Shown piece by piece: positions 10,845 to 21,323 of a DNA stretch of 64,000 nucleotides (position 1 is its first letter; each line of letters begins with the position of its first letter). Position numbers and translations under genes: made by a program. The stretch is taken from positions 1,344,001-1,408,000 of the forward strand of contig CAVOHZ010000010.1 in assembly GCA_963695855.1 (NCBI GenBank), read 5' to 3'. Source of the stretch: an uncultured Nitrososphaerales archaeon. Lineage in GTDB: Archaea > Thermoproteota > Nitrososphaeria > Nitrososphaerales > Nitrososphaeraceae. The notes beneath the pieces were generated by a model. The model saw only the letters and a program-made list of their open reading frames with translations. It searched no databases and was not told where the DNA came from.

Positions 10845-10924
10845 TTAACTTAACGAAAGATCTAACTATATGTGAAGAGTCAAGTGAATCCAAATCAGAC
10901 AGTAAGTTATGCTCTAACAGTAGT

Positions 10925-12008
10925 ATGATGTATGTAGGAATGGATCTCCATAAGAACTACTTACAGATTGGAGTAATGGATGAGAAAGGAAAAGTAATCA
11001 GCAATAGCAAAATAGAGAATGATATACAACAGATAGGGGATTTTTTGACCAGATCAATAAAATTAATAAAAATGATGATGGTAAGAACTGCTGCCACAAT
11101 CATCAAAAGATAGTAATGGAATCATCATGTGTGTATGGTATAACTATACGAATACTGGTCTGAAGAAAGAAATCTGGATGTAATACTATCAAATCCAATT
11201 AAAACAAGAGCAATTGGATCAGCAAAAAAAATAAAGACAGATAAACTTGATGCAGTAAAACTATCTAGTTTACTGAGAGGGGGATTCATATCAGAATGTT
11301 ATGTACCTAATAAAAAAACTATGGAACTACTTGATGAGCTGGTAAGACATAGAATTGCACTGGTGATGAGAATGAGAACCAGATTGAAGAACAAGATCCA
11401 TGGGATAATGCATATGAAAGGAATGCGAATTAATAGTAACAATAATAGTACTGCTCGCTTCACAATAGAGTATATCAATAAACTACAAGCATTGAACGAT
11501 TATAGAATTGATGCTTACATTCGTTTGATAGACTCATTTGATTATGAGATTAAACAGGTATCCAAGCAGATTCCTGCTGTGTATGCAAAAGAAGATATTG
11601 CAAGATTATTGGTGACAATACCTGGTATTAGATACCATATATTCTGCTCTTCTTCTTCTAATAAGTGAAATTGGCGATATTAACAGATTTACAGATTCAA
11701 ACCATCTTTGTTTGTTCGTATTCGGGATTGATACCATCCATCAACTCATAGTTCTTTCTGGTGGAATAACATATCATGGTAACATAACTAAAACAGGCAG
11801 TAGCAAATATCTAAGATGGATAATGGCTGAATGCATGCGTTCTCATATCAGCAGAACTCAACCTGACAGTAACATAACAAAATTCTGTTATAGACTGGCA
11901 AAAAAGAAGGGAAGTGCTAAAGCAACAGTTGCAGCATCATCCAAACTGTTAAAGATATATAGTCTACTGGATAATGAAAGAGAAGAGAGAATATACACAT
12001 ACAAATAA
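10925..12008 (+). pseudogene. IS110-family DEDD transposase, multiple frameshifts
   Basis: YVGMDLHK, KTDKLDA, LVTIPGI, SGGITYHGNITKTGS..YLRW spread over several frames. Confidence 0.92.
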
Positions 12009-12084
12009 CAACAATAACAATGATAAAATCGAAAGAAAGATTTAAAATTTATTATTATAGTTAAGGTGATAACAAATTATTATT

Positions 12085-12200
12085 ACAGTCACAAGACATC
12101 TATTGAGGGAAAGCCTCGTCGATCTAACTGTGGTAACTCCTTAACAAATGGATAAAGACGGTAATGAGGGAAAGCCTCGCATGGATAAGTATCCGTTTCT
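12085..12200 (+). ncRNA. Predicted bridge/seekRNA of the IS1111 element
   Basis: Two GAGG-GAAAG-CCTC hairpins (12105, 12166), each followed by a 9-mer ending in the TA core: gtcgatcTA (left flank gatcTA) and gcatggaTA (right end catggaTA). Confidence 0.65.
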
Positions 12201-12333
12201 ACAAATAATGAGGAGATGAATAAATAAAAAAATAACCATGATGAATTAAGATAAATATTTAATAATACTTCACATGGATATAGCTGTGAATGTCTTGCTT
12301 GTTTTTTATTTTATGATAGTATTCTTAAATTTA

Positions 12334-13238
12334 GAGCCTATCCCAAAAATAGATAGGAATATAGCTCGTTTGTTTCTTATCATATCTGATAATGTTTAAG
12401 AGTAAAAAGTATGTTAGAACAATTACACGCATTCCAGATGATCTATGGAATGAAATTAAAAATATTTTGCCAGATGAAAAGCCAGAGAACACTATAGGTC
12501 GTCCAATTGTTCCATATAGAAAAGTGTTTGATGGTATCATGTTTATCCTGAGGACTGGATCTCAGTGGAAAATGTTACCAATATAATATGGTTCTGGTTC
12601 TACATGCCATAGAAGATTTCAGGAATGGAGAGAATTAGGTATTTTCGATATACTATGGACTAGCTTACTAAAAATATATGATAACAAAAAAGGAATCAAA
12701 TGGTCATGGCAATCACTCGATAGTATATCTGTAAAATCGCCTTTAGGGGGGGGGGCGAAGACAGGCCATAATCCTACTGACAGAAGCAAATTAGGCAGTA
12801 AAAGACATATTCTTACAGATAAAGATGGTATTCCATTGTCTGCTGTTATAACATCTGCCAATACTCATGATGTTACTGTTGCAATTGATACAGTTGACAG
12901 CACAGTTATCAAAAGACCATCATTATTATCCAAACCAAAGCATAACCAAATGAAACAGAATCTGTGCCTTGATAAAGCATATCATTCCAAAGAAGTAGAA
13001 CAAGAAATTATCAAAAGGGGATACATACCACATATACGACACAGAAGAGAAGAAGAAGAAAGAATATTTCATAGAAAACATCCCACAAGAAGATAGGTAG
13101 TTGAGAGAACTAATTCATGGCCTAACAGATTCAGGAAATTATTTACAAGGTATGAAAAGAAGGATAAAGACTATCTTGGTCTTGTACAATTAGCAAATAG
13201 CATAATTGTTTATAGGAGGATAATTTTGGGATAGGCTC
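12334..13238 (+). mobile_element. IS5-family (IS427/IS1031-like) element with pseudogenised transposase
   Basis: TIRs gagcctatcccaaaa / ttttgggataggctc; TTA direct repeat; RTGSQWKMLP, LCLDKAY, VERTNSW motifs interrupted by stops. Confidence 0.9.
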
Positions 13239-14264
13239 TTAATTATTCTTCCAATCATTTACAAGCAAGTCCATAGCTCCATCATTTATGATTGTATTGT
13301 AATTTGAAGGATTTCGATAACCCATGTAACCACAATGGTTATCTCCCCATGTTGGAGATAAATCAAATTCTAGACAGTCCCAAAGATAATTTGCATCTGC
13401 ATCATACAAATAAGGGGGTATCTCATATCTAACGTTATACTCTGAATAATAATTTTCGGCTGGTGTTCGTATACCAGATTCACTTCCTTTTAAGCCCAAT
13501 GCCGAATCTGGTTCAGCTTCAGGATAAGATCTTTGTAACAGATTGTCTTCTGGATTATATAAATTATAGAATTTTTCCACAACTTTTTCTATAGGTTTAC
13601 CAGAACATGATAATTGAGGTTGATTAGATATACAATCTGATGCGTCAATGGATACTTGCTCATCATCAATGGCAGCACCTAAAAGATGAATCGATGAAAT
13701 TCTAAAATTTAATAGAGGCTCATTAAATAGACTGTTGATTGCTGAAAAAGTAACTCGTGAACCAAGTGAATGAGCGATAATTCTCAAATCAGTATCAGAG
13801 CATTTACCTTTGAAATCTAAAATAAATTGTGCAAGTTTCTTGCCATTTGCATTCGCTATTTTCTTACCTTCTTCCCATCCTCCAGTAAAATCAAAAAATG
13901 AAGGAGGAGCTAAATTAGAATCCCATGTGAAGCTAATAACAGGTATTAAATAGTTCTTATCTCTAAGAACTAAATTTATTCTATCAGATTCTTCTTGAGC
14001 TTGATCTTCATCACGTAAAAATCCATGAACATATATTACGGATTCACCAGGACAATTTCCTATCTGTAATCCTGGAACATTAATAGCGTTATATTCATTT
14101 ATTGTATAATCCGGTTTTAACTCTCCACTATCAAGATCAAAGTGATTACGTGTAGAAACCTTAATAGAAGATTCTTGTGAAATAGATGAATCCAAAGGCA
14201 GATTAATAAATATTGATGCGGCCATTAATATAATACATATTAAAACGATATTATTGTTTATCAT
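13239..14264 (-). CDS. Secreted alpha/beta-hydrolase-fold protein (DUF726/DUF900-like)
   Basis: Signal-like N-terminus, YVHGF, IAHSLG, HLLGAA, HCGY. Confidence 0.75.
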   Translation of the reverse strand: MINNNIVLICIILMAASIFINLPLDSSISQESSIKVSTRNHFDLDSGELKPDYTINEYNAINVPGLQIGNCPGESVIYVHGFLRDEDQAQEESDRINLVLRDKNYLIPVISFTWDSNLAPPSFFDFTGGWEEGKKIANANGKKLAQFILDFKGKCSDTDLRIIAHSLGSRVTFSAINSLFNEPLLNFRISSIHLLGAAIDDEQVSIDASDCISNQPQLSCSGKPIEKVVEKFYNLYNPEDNLLQRSYPEAEPDSALGLKGSESGIRTPAENYYSEYNVRYEIPPYLYDADANYLWDCLEFDLSPTWGDNHCGYMGYRNPSNYNTIINDGAMDLLVNDWKNN

Positions 14265-14530
14265 TATAACAAAATAATAACGGAATCATATAACTTTATT
14301 GTTCTATGTACAAGAGAAGAGAAAAGCATGGTTATCAACATGGGACCAGTGGTTTGTGAATTGTTTTTGACACAATATTTTTGGCACATCTTATAAGACA
14401 ATTAAAGTAGAACTGGAATTTGACTATAAGTGATAGTGTTAGGAATATAAGGAGTGCAAAAAAACTGAGATAACAGTTACTAATCTTTAATATTTATAAC
14501 TCTATTTGAAGATATAAAAAAGAGGGAATA

Positions 14531-14911
14531 ATGGGAAGAAAGAAGCGAGTTATTCTGATCGGCCTGAACCCTTGGGAAGTCGACTATAGCAATTGGCCTG
14601 ATCTAACTCCAGAAAAGGTCATGGCAGCATTTAAAGCGGACGAAGCGACTCTTAATTCTCTCGGCTATGATGTACAATCGTGTCTAGTTGACCCTGATGA
14701 GACGGCTGAGACTGTCGTCACCCAGAAACTGATAGAGACCACGTTTGATTGCGTCATGATTGGCGCTGGAGTCCGTACCATTCCGGATAAATTTCTTTTA
14801 TTCGAGAAACTCATCAATATCGTGCATCAGCACGCGCCGGCAGCAAGGATTTGCTTCAATACGAAACCGAGCGATACGGCTGAAGCTGTGCAGCGGTGGC
14901 TCCCACCGTAA
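14531..14911 (+). CDS. Conserved hypothetical protein of bacterial type
   Basis: FDCVMIGAGVR...FEKLINIVHQHAPAARICFNTKPSDTAEAVQRWL; raised GC. Confidence 0.75.
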   Translation: MGRKKRVILIGLNPWEVDYSNWPDLTPEKVMAAFKADEATLNSLGYDVQSCLVDPDETAETVVTQKLIETTFDCVMIGAGVRTIPDKFLLFEKLINIVHQHAPAARICFNTKPSDTAEAVQRWLPP

Positions 14912-15281
14912 GCTTGACGGTGATTTTAATTTTGTTATAATCTTTTAGTAACTTTTTTGTATATTTTTTTCAAAGTATATGTTCCTAATTGGTTAACTGG
15001 CTCTAAGGGCTTCGAGTCCAACATGTAGTTGGGATCTGTAAACTATTATTTATTAATTTAGTAACTTATTAAAATATATCCAAGCTTTAGCTGAGTATAT
15101 AATATTATGAGAAACATGGGAGAAGGATAAGCGATATATTACAGATAGGACTAATGAATATGATTACACAACTGTTAACACAGCTCTATTTTAGGATTGA
15201 AAGCAACCCAAACAAATATCTAAGAATGCATTTTCTTTTGATTTTAATCATGCTAGTGTGTCAAAAGTTGTAGTTTCAAAC

Positions 15282-15456
15282 CTATTTTAGTCAAATTCAA
15301 ACGGTGTCAAAAAATTATACTATTTTAGTCAAATTCAAACGGTGTCAAAAAATTATACTATTTTAGTCAAATTCAAACGGTGTCAAAAAATTATACTATT
15401 TTAGTCAAATTCAAACGGTGTCAAAAAATTATACTATTTTAGTCAAATTCAAACGG
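15282..15456. repeat. Perfect 38-bp tandem repeat, about 4.6 copies
   Basis: tattttagtcaaattcaaacggtgtcaaaaaattatac starts at 15283, 15321, 15359, 15397 and 15435 (partial); no spacers. Confidence 0.95.
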
Positions 15457-15665
15457 AATCGAAGGTCGCACATCCTCGAGCTCCCCAGAGACAACCACAA
15501 AGAACGGTGCCCCGGTGTCCCTGCTCATAGGACACTTCGCCACCATTCATCGCACGTATGTGTCCATGCGCTGCAATGCGAGTAAGCTGTGCTGGCGTTA
15601 ATTTCGGAAATATTTGTTCAATACGAGAGCTGATTATAGGAAGTCCCCTGCGCGTATTTGACATA
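15457..15665 (-). pseudogene. 5' fragment of a cNMP-binding/thioredoxin reductase-like gene
   Basis: MSNTRRGLPIISSRIEQIFPKLTPAQLTRIAAHGH is a close paralog of the N-terminus encoded at 27307. Confidence 0.85.
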
Positions 15666-15899
15666 TACTTCCAGTGTGGTTGCTTCTCATAAATCATCGC
15701 TTGAATATTTCTTCTGTCTTTATCTGATACGAACATAGTTAGTTCGGCTGCAAGTATATACATGCAGTCAAATCAGATTCCCATAAGAGGTTCAAACCTT
15801 TCGTTTCCTTCTTTGGAATCCCATAATAATATGACATTCATTACAGGTTCTTTTACTTCAGAATAGTTCTTATTTACTAGTTTCCGTAGCAGGATTACC

Positions 15900-16044
15900 A
15901 CTAAAGAAATTATTAAGTAATTTTACTAGAAAAACTGGCTCTGCTCTTCTGGAATCCAATGACCTGAATTTTGAACTATAATACTATGCACATTTGTAGC
16001 TAATCCTAGCTGTTGTATAGACTTTAATGTACTGTTCCCAGGAA
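15900..16044 (-). pseudogene. Alpha/beta hydrolase C-terminal fragment
   Basis: PGNSTLKSIQQL..LATNVHSIIVQNSGHWIPEEQSQF matches the C-termini of the paralogs at 18092 and 23472. Confidence 0.7.
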
Positions 16045-17364
16045 TTAACCGAAAGTAAATGTATAGAATTGAAATCCTTTTCCTTTAACATCAATTCCAA
16101 TATAATGAGCAGCGTAGTTGTTATGTATAGCTAAATTATATAGTCTTTGTCCGTCAATTCTGAAACTACCATCAGGTGATAGATCCTCTCCTAGCGATTT
16201 GTTTGATATTCTCGATGTTGACATCGCAGATGCTTCTTCTGCTCCTTTATCATTAAAAACAGCTCCTCCACCTTTTCCTCCTGCTATTATATTTACAGAT
16301 TTTGCATAATATGTCAAAACAATACGCCCAGTATCACTTTGTAATTGCATATTATCAGGGTTGTTTTTCCAAATGCCTTGAAGATATGCTATATGAGGTT
16401 TGAAATTTGTATTAGATGGGATTGAGTATGAAATTGTCTGATCTGGTTTGAAGCCCTCAGGATTTCCGATCGGGGCTCTCGCTTTATCATACCCTATGTA
16501 TATTTCTGGTGTGGTGCTCTGTCTTAAATCTACATATTGCAGACTTCCTGGTTTAATTACTGTAGTAGGTCTTGTATTGAAGCTTATCTCTTTTGCACCC
16601 ATTAGAGCAGCACGTTCTGCTAGCAGCGATTGAATTGCTTTTTCAATTTGATCATAACTACCTTCACCTATGTGATCGTATCTTATATCTCCTTGAGTAT
16701 CAATCAAGTAAAACCTAGGCCAATACTGGTTTCCATAAGCATCCCAAGTTCCATGGTCACTATCTAGTATTACAGGATAACTTATCCCAAATCTTTGGAC
16801 AGCAGCCTTCACATTGGTATAATTCTTTTCAAACGTAAATTCAGGTGAATGAAGACCAACTATGACTAAACCGTTATTAGAATATTTTTGATTCCAATCG
16901 TCAATGTAAGGCATAGGACGAATCGAGTTAATGCATGTGTATGTCCAAATGTATACTAAAACTACTTTTCCTTTAAGAGATGAAAGTGTTAGCGGATTAT
17001 TATTAGGTGTATTAATGTAGCCACTTATTTGAGCAAATTCAGGTGCCTTTTTGAGTTGTAACTTGTCAATGTGCTGGAACTGAGTCTTATTGATTTTCAT
17101 AGTTACGGTATGATTTCCTATCGTTGTATCTAATATTGCAGGATTAGTTATCCCAAATCTTTGCACAGCAGCCTTCACATTGCTATAATTCTTTTCAAAC
17201 GTAAATTCAGGTGAATGAAGACCAACTACGAGCATGTCTTTGTCTTTTTGTTGTATTGGCCATACATTATTAAGACCAGGGTTGTTAAAATATATTGTAA
17301 AACCAAAGATAACATATAGTACCGTTATTGCCACCATTAATGCACTAATATTATTTCGATTCAT
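16045..17364 (-). CDS. Membrane-anchored redoxin, DipZ C-terminal-like
   Basis: WTYTCINS, VGLHSPEFTFEK, NQYWPRFYLID, TPEIYIGY, RLYNL, YTFTFG; internal partial duplication. Confidence 0.85.
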   Translation of the reverse strand: MNRNNISALMVAITVLYVIFGFTIYFNNPGLNNVWPIQQKDKDMLVVGLHSPEFTFEKNYSNVKAAVQRFGITNPAILDTTIGNHTVTMKINKTQFQHIDKLQLKKAPEFAQISGYINTPNNNPLTLSSLKGKVVLVYIWTYTCINSIRPMPYIDDWNQKYSNNGLVIVGLHSPEFTFEKNYTNVKAAVQRFGISYPVILDSDHGTWDAYGNQYWPRFYLIDTQGDIRYDHIGEGSYDQIEKAIQSLLAERAALMGAKEISFNTRPTTVIKPGSLQYVDLRQSTTPEIYIGYDKARAPIGNPEGFKPDQTISYSIPSNTNFKPHIAYLQGIWKNNPDNMQLQSDTGRIVLTYYAKSVNIIAGGKGGGAVFNDKGAEEASAMSTSRISNKSLGEDLSPDGSFRIDGQRLYNLAIHNNYAAHYIGIDVKGKGFQFYTFTFG

Positions 17365-17579
17365 TGTTTAAGTTCCACTCCATTCTTTCTGTCTTTGATC
17401 ACACGCATATACATCGTGGCAAAAGTAAATAAGGATTCTCATTTCCATTAAAGCATTTTTATTTTCTATAAGATGTGAAAATCACAATGGCTAGCTTTGG
17501 CTTTTGTTCTTATATAGTTTAATAAAAGCAATAAAGTACTTCATAAAGGCCCAAACGCAAATGACCCTAATCCATCATT

Positions 17580-17830
17580 TAACAAGTAATGTCAGTAGCT
17601 TTTTCAGCACTACACAAGATGTTAAAATCTGATCCAAAAATGATTAACATAATTTACAAAATACTGACTACAAATGATCGTGAGCAATATAAAGATAATA
17701 ATAACAACGATATCGCTATCAAATATCTTAACCAATAATGATAACATATTAGACTTCGAAAAACATTACGAAAACCTTTTTCTATAATTCTATTGGAAAT
17801 TGTTCAGCAATATTGTAATAAGTTACTAAA
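17580..17830 (+). pseudogene. Fragment of a thaumarchaeal coiled-coil protein C-terminus
   Basis: SVAFSALHKMLKSDPKMINIIYKILTTND...EKHYENL over frameshifts; family assignment from recall only. Confidence 0.4.
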
Positions 17831-18091
17831 AATATAAAAACAAGTTTACAGATCCCAATTACATGTCATACTCGAAGCCCTCAGAACCCTTATATCAATT
17901 AAAGTTATTTTAATAATGATTCATTAATGAACCAATAATTTATTTATGAAAAAATAATTTATTATTTACTATCCTGCAATATCATTTTGACCAATAACTT
18001 TGGTTGGTTTATTTTAAAAGAAGTTCACCCTTCTTAGATAGTGAATGTACCAATCGTACAAGGTAATTGAATATTAGGATAGTTTACTACA

Positions 18092-19153
18092 ATGTTTATT
18101 ACATACTCATACATAGATTTAACAATGAATGAAAAAAGCAGTTCTTCATTTCATTTTTCATTTTATCTGGTAACAATATTTCTTACAATTCTTGTTGTAA
18201 CCGTAATAATTTTTAGCTCATTAACATTAAATATAAATCAACCCGCAATAGCAGAACAACAACCATCACCTTTTCTTGAAGACATCTCTTTTGATATTGA
18301 TAATGTTACTTTTTCTCATCATATAGCATCTGTCAATAGAATTCAAATGCACTATGTAATTGGAGGTAAAGGAGATCCTGTTGTACTGTTACATGGATTT
18401 CCGCAATCATGGTATGAATGGAGACACATAATGCCGGCATTAGCCAAAAATTATACTGTTGTAGTGCCTGATCTTAGAGGATTTGGTGATTCTTCAAAAC
18501 CTATAACGGGTTATGATGGTAAGACTACTGCTGAAGATATTTATCAATTGGTATCTCAATTAGGTTTCAATAAACCAATTTTTCTCGTAGCACATGATGT
18601 AGGCGCGCAGACAGCTTATTCATATGCTTTCTCTCACCCTGCTAATGTATCAAAATTAGTAATCATGGATTTCCCATATCCAGGTTTTCTACCTGCCGAA
18701 TTTGGTAAGAATGGACCTTGGTGGTTTGCTTTTCATCAGACACCTAATTTACCCGAATTTCTAGTAGAAGGTAAAGAACGAGAATATATATCATGGTTCT
18801 TCAAAGAGTTAGCCTACAACCCATCTGCAATTACAGAAGAAGATATAGATATATTTGCGCATCAGTTTTCATCTCCTGGTACAGCGCGTTCAGCATTTGA
18901 ATATTTTAGAGCTTTTCCAGTTGATGCAGAACAAAATATAGAATCATCCAAAACCAAGATAACAATACCTGTATTAGCATTAGGTGGTGATATTTATCCA
19001 GGGTTAGGTGGCGACATACCTGGCAACTTTGCAGCAAGCTCGTTACAATCACTAGCTACGAATGTAACTGGAGTCACTGTTCCACTTTCAGGACATTGGA
19101 TTCCTGAGGAGCGTCCAGACTTTGTAATAGACCAACTTTCAAAATTCTTTTGA
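18092..19153 (+). CDS. Alpha/beta hydrolase with membrane leader
   Basis: HGFPQ, PDLRGFGDS, AHDVG, GHWIPEE; start probably the ATG at 18125. Confidence 0.9.
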   Translation: MFITYSYIDLTMNEKSSSSFHFSFYLVTIFLTILVVTVIIFSSLTLNINQPAIAEQQPSPFLEDISFDIDNVTFSHHIASVNRIQMHYVIGGKGDPVVLLHGFPQSWYEWRHIMPALAKNYTVVVPDLRGFGDSSKPITGYDGKTTAEDIYQLVSQLGFNKPIFLVAHDVGAQTAYSYAFSHPANVSKLVIMDFPYPGFLPAEFGKNGPWWFAFHQTPNLPEFLVEGKEREYISWFFKELAYNPSAITEEDIDIFAHQFSSPGTARSAFEYFRAFPVDAEQNIESSKTKITIPVLALGGDIYPGLGGDIPGNFAASSLQSLATNVTGVTVPLSGHWIPEERPDFVIDQLSKFF

Positions 19154-19443
19154 AATAGGAATGATAACGAAAGTGAATAAAAGTAGAGTACACATATTTA
19201 CTATGGATTAACCAAGTGTGAAATATTGAAATATGGTGGTTAAATCACATGATTCACGATTCAATCATCTAAATTACAATCTTATTTTTTTATCGTTTAA
19301 TAATTTGATTATATTCTTTGTATATACTATCTGTATCGTTAACAGTTTAATACAATATTAAGAATCTATTATTGAGATTATAAATATTAGATTTTATTAT
19401 ATAATGTAATACATAAATATTAAGAATACTAAAGGAAACTTAA

Positions 19444-19614
19444 ATGGCTATCAACAAGGAGCCAAAGAGTCTAGGTATGCCTTGGGAAAAAGAATACGAT
19501 TACGCCCAGGCGGTCAAAGTTGGAGATACTATTTATCTATCGGGACAGGTAAGTCATGATGATGAGGGCAATATCATGGGTCTATTATATAGATTCACTC
19601 GAAACAAAAAATAA
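19444..19614 (+). pseudogene. RidA-family N-terminal fragment
   Basis: MPWEKEYDYAQAVKVGDTIYLSGQV, then truncated. Confidence 0.75.
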
Positions 19615-19980
19615 AATCATTAGAAGAGAAATATAAAAAAGAGATACAATCGATAAAAGAAGAGATTGAGAATAAATTCAGCTGATACTATCAAAAATAA
19701 AATTAAAAAAATTTGTCTAACAACAACTTTAATTCTTTGGATAAAGACAATTAATTGAAGATAATATATATTGAAAAAAACTTTATGAGATATAATCCCT
19801 AAATTCGAAAAGTATTTCAAATTCAAGTAAATATTTCTATATAAGAAACAAAATCAAGGTCACATTTGTTATATCTTTGTCTATTGATATTTTTTGCAAT
19901 TAAATTTTATAACTATTAAAATACAATTTGAAGGAGAAATTCAATTCCCGTTGATAGTATTCTTCTAATTGTTACTTTTA

Positions 19981-20481
19981 TTATGTAGCCTTTTTCTTTG
20001 ACATTTCTGCGCAGAAACCTTCGGCTGCTTTTTTAATCTCATCTAGAGAAAGGTCTTTCTTATGAGTTGCTATTGACCATTGATATCCAAATGGATCTTT
20101 TATCGATCCAACACGGTCTCCCCAGAATGCATCGTTGACTGGGTGTACTACAGTGGCACCTGCAGATACAGCCTGATTAAAAGTTGAATCTACATCATTG
20201 ACATATAGATAAAGCCAAACTGGATTTCCTCCAACAGATTGAGGTGAAAAAGATTTCATTTCTTGGGATTCCTCAGATAACATAATAGCAGAATCTCCTA
20301 TTATAATTTCTGCGTGCATGATAGTCTTATTATCAGGTCCATACATGCGATGACGTTCTTCCGCATTGAATGATTTTTTATAAAATTCTATTGCACGTTC
20401 TGCATCTTTTATGATTATAAAAGGTGTAATGGTATGGTAGCCATCTGGTACTGGTTTTACATTAGCTGTCATATTTGTCAT
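19981..20481 (-). CDS. VOC/PhnB-like protein
   Basis: PVPDGYHTITP, IMHAE, DAFWGDRVGSIKDPFGYQW. Confidence 0.92.
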   Translation of the reverse strand: MTNMTANVKPVPDGYHTITPFIIIKDAERAIEFYKKSFNAEERHRMYGPDNKTIMHAEIIIGDSAIMLSEESQEMKSFSPQSVGGNPVWLYLYVNDVDSTFNQAVSAGATVVHPVNDAFWGDRVGSIKDPFGYQWSIATHKKDLSLDEIKKAAEGFCAEMSKKKAT

Positions 20482-20777
20482 AATTATTATTACTTTATTT
20501 AAAAATATCCTAAAGAGACTAAATAGAAAATATTTTAAAAGAATTCTAATAATTTAGGTTTAGTATATTAGACTATACTCTCATTGTAAGGAGAATTTGT
20601 TCTGTTTGGTTTTAAACTACATATTACGAATTAATTTCACATCCATAAAACTTGGGATGGGACCAAAATTCATGTCAAATTTGTTGCACATCCCACTGGC
20701 CCCATTATATAAGTGGGTTCATTTATGGTGAGTTTGATCTTATGGATTGAAAATACAATAAGGAGAAAATAGGATAA

Positions 20778-20935
20778 ATGTAACAAACTATCTACAAGAA
20801 TAGGGAAAATTCAAAACATACCTAATATAAAGAATAAAGAGATTGTAAATGAGTTTCTTGAATATATGAGAAGTAATGGTTCCTCTGAACATCTTCAAAA
20901 TAATAAATTAAAAGTTGTTATAGCATTAGTAATTT
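20778..20935 (+). pseudogene. Tyrosine integrase N-terminal fragment
   Basis: KLSTRIGKIQNIPNIKNKEIVNEFLEYMRSNGSSEHLQNNKLKVVIA resembles the N-terminus of Nitrososphaeraceae integrases (from recall); lies just downstream of an att-like repeat. Confidence 0.65.
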
Positions 20936-20936
20936 T

Positions 20937-21323
20937 TTATTTCTCATCTATCGAACGTAATCCACTATCTTCTTGTATAACCTCATCTACATAATGTGAA
21001 TGAATATCCCAATCATCATATATGTCACCGACTTTGATATACTTTTGTCCTTCATCATCCTGTATTTCTGATACAGTAGCCATTAGATCTAAGCGAACAG
21101 GAGGGATGGTAGGTAATAATTCCTTAATAGTCAAAGGTATATCATCATCCATTTCATCTTGATAGTAATAAATATTCAAAGCAAAGGATCTACCATTAAT
21201 ATTGCCTAATTCTATTACAGTAGGTTTAGATTCTTTGGATTTTTCTAAATTAGATATAATAGAAAATATTTTGTTATAGCTTAACTCGATAGCTTTTGCT
21301 AATTTATCTTTATCTCCATCCAA
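20937..21323 (-). CDS. Hypothetical acidic protein
   Basis: 128-aa ORF; no recognisable motif. Confidence 0.55.
   Translation of the reverse strand: MDGDKDKLAKAIELSYNKIFSIISNLEKSKESKPTVIELGNINGRSFALNIYYYQDEMDDDIPLTIKELLPTIPPVRLDLMATVSEIQDDEGQKYIKVGDIYDDWDIHSHYVDEVIQEDSGLRSIDEK

Larger units (their letters stand above)
10863..12280 (+). mobile_element. IS110-family (IS1111-type) element, degenerate
   Basis: TA-actat-ATGTGAAG (10870-10877) ... CTTCACAT (12268-12275)-gga-TA; long downstream non-coding region. Confidence 0.85.

Noticed and set aside
15282-15456. CRISPR array
   Set aside because: Units are contiguous and identical, with no spacers; no cas genes in the window
19620-19826. Short AT-rich ORFs (also 21414, 33102, 38751, 41615, 53075)
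   Set aside because: Low-complexity Ile/Phe/Lys-rich translations expected by chance in very AT-rich DNA
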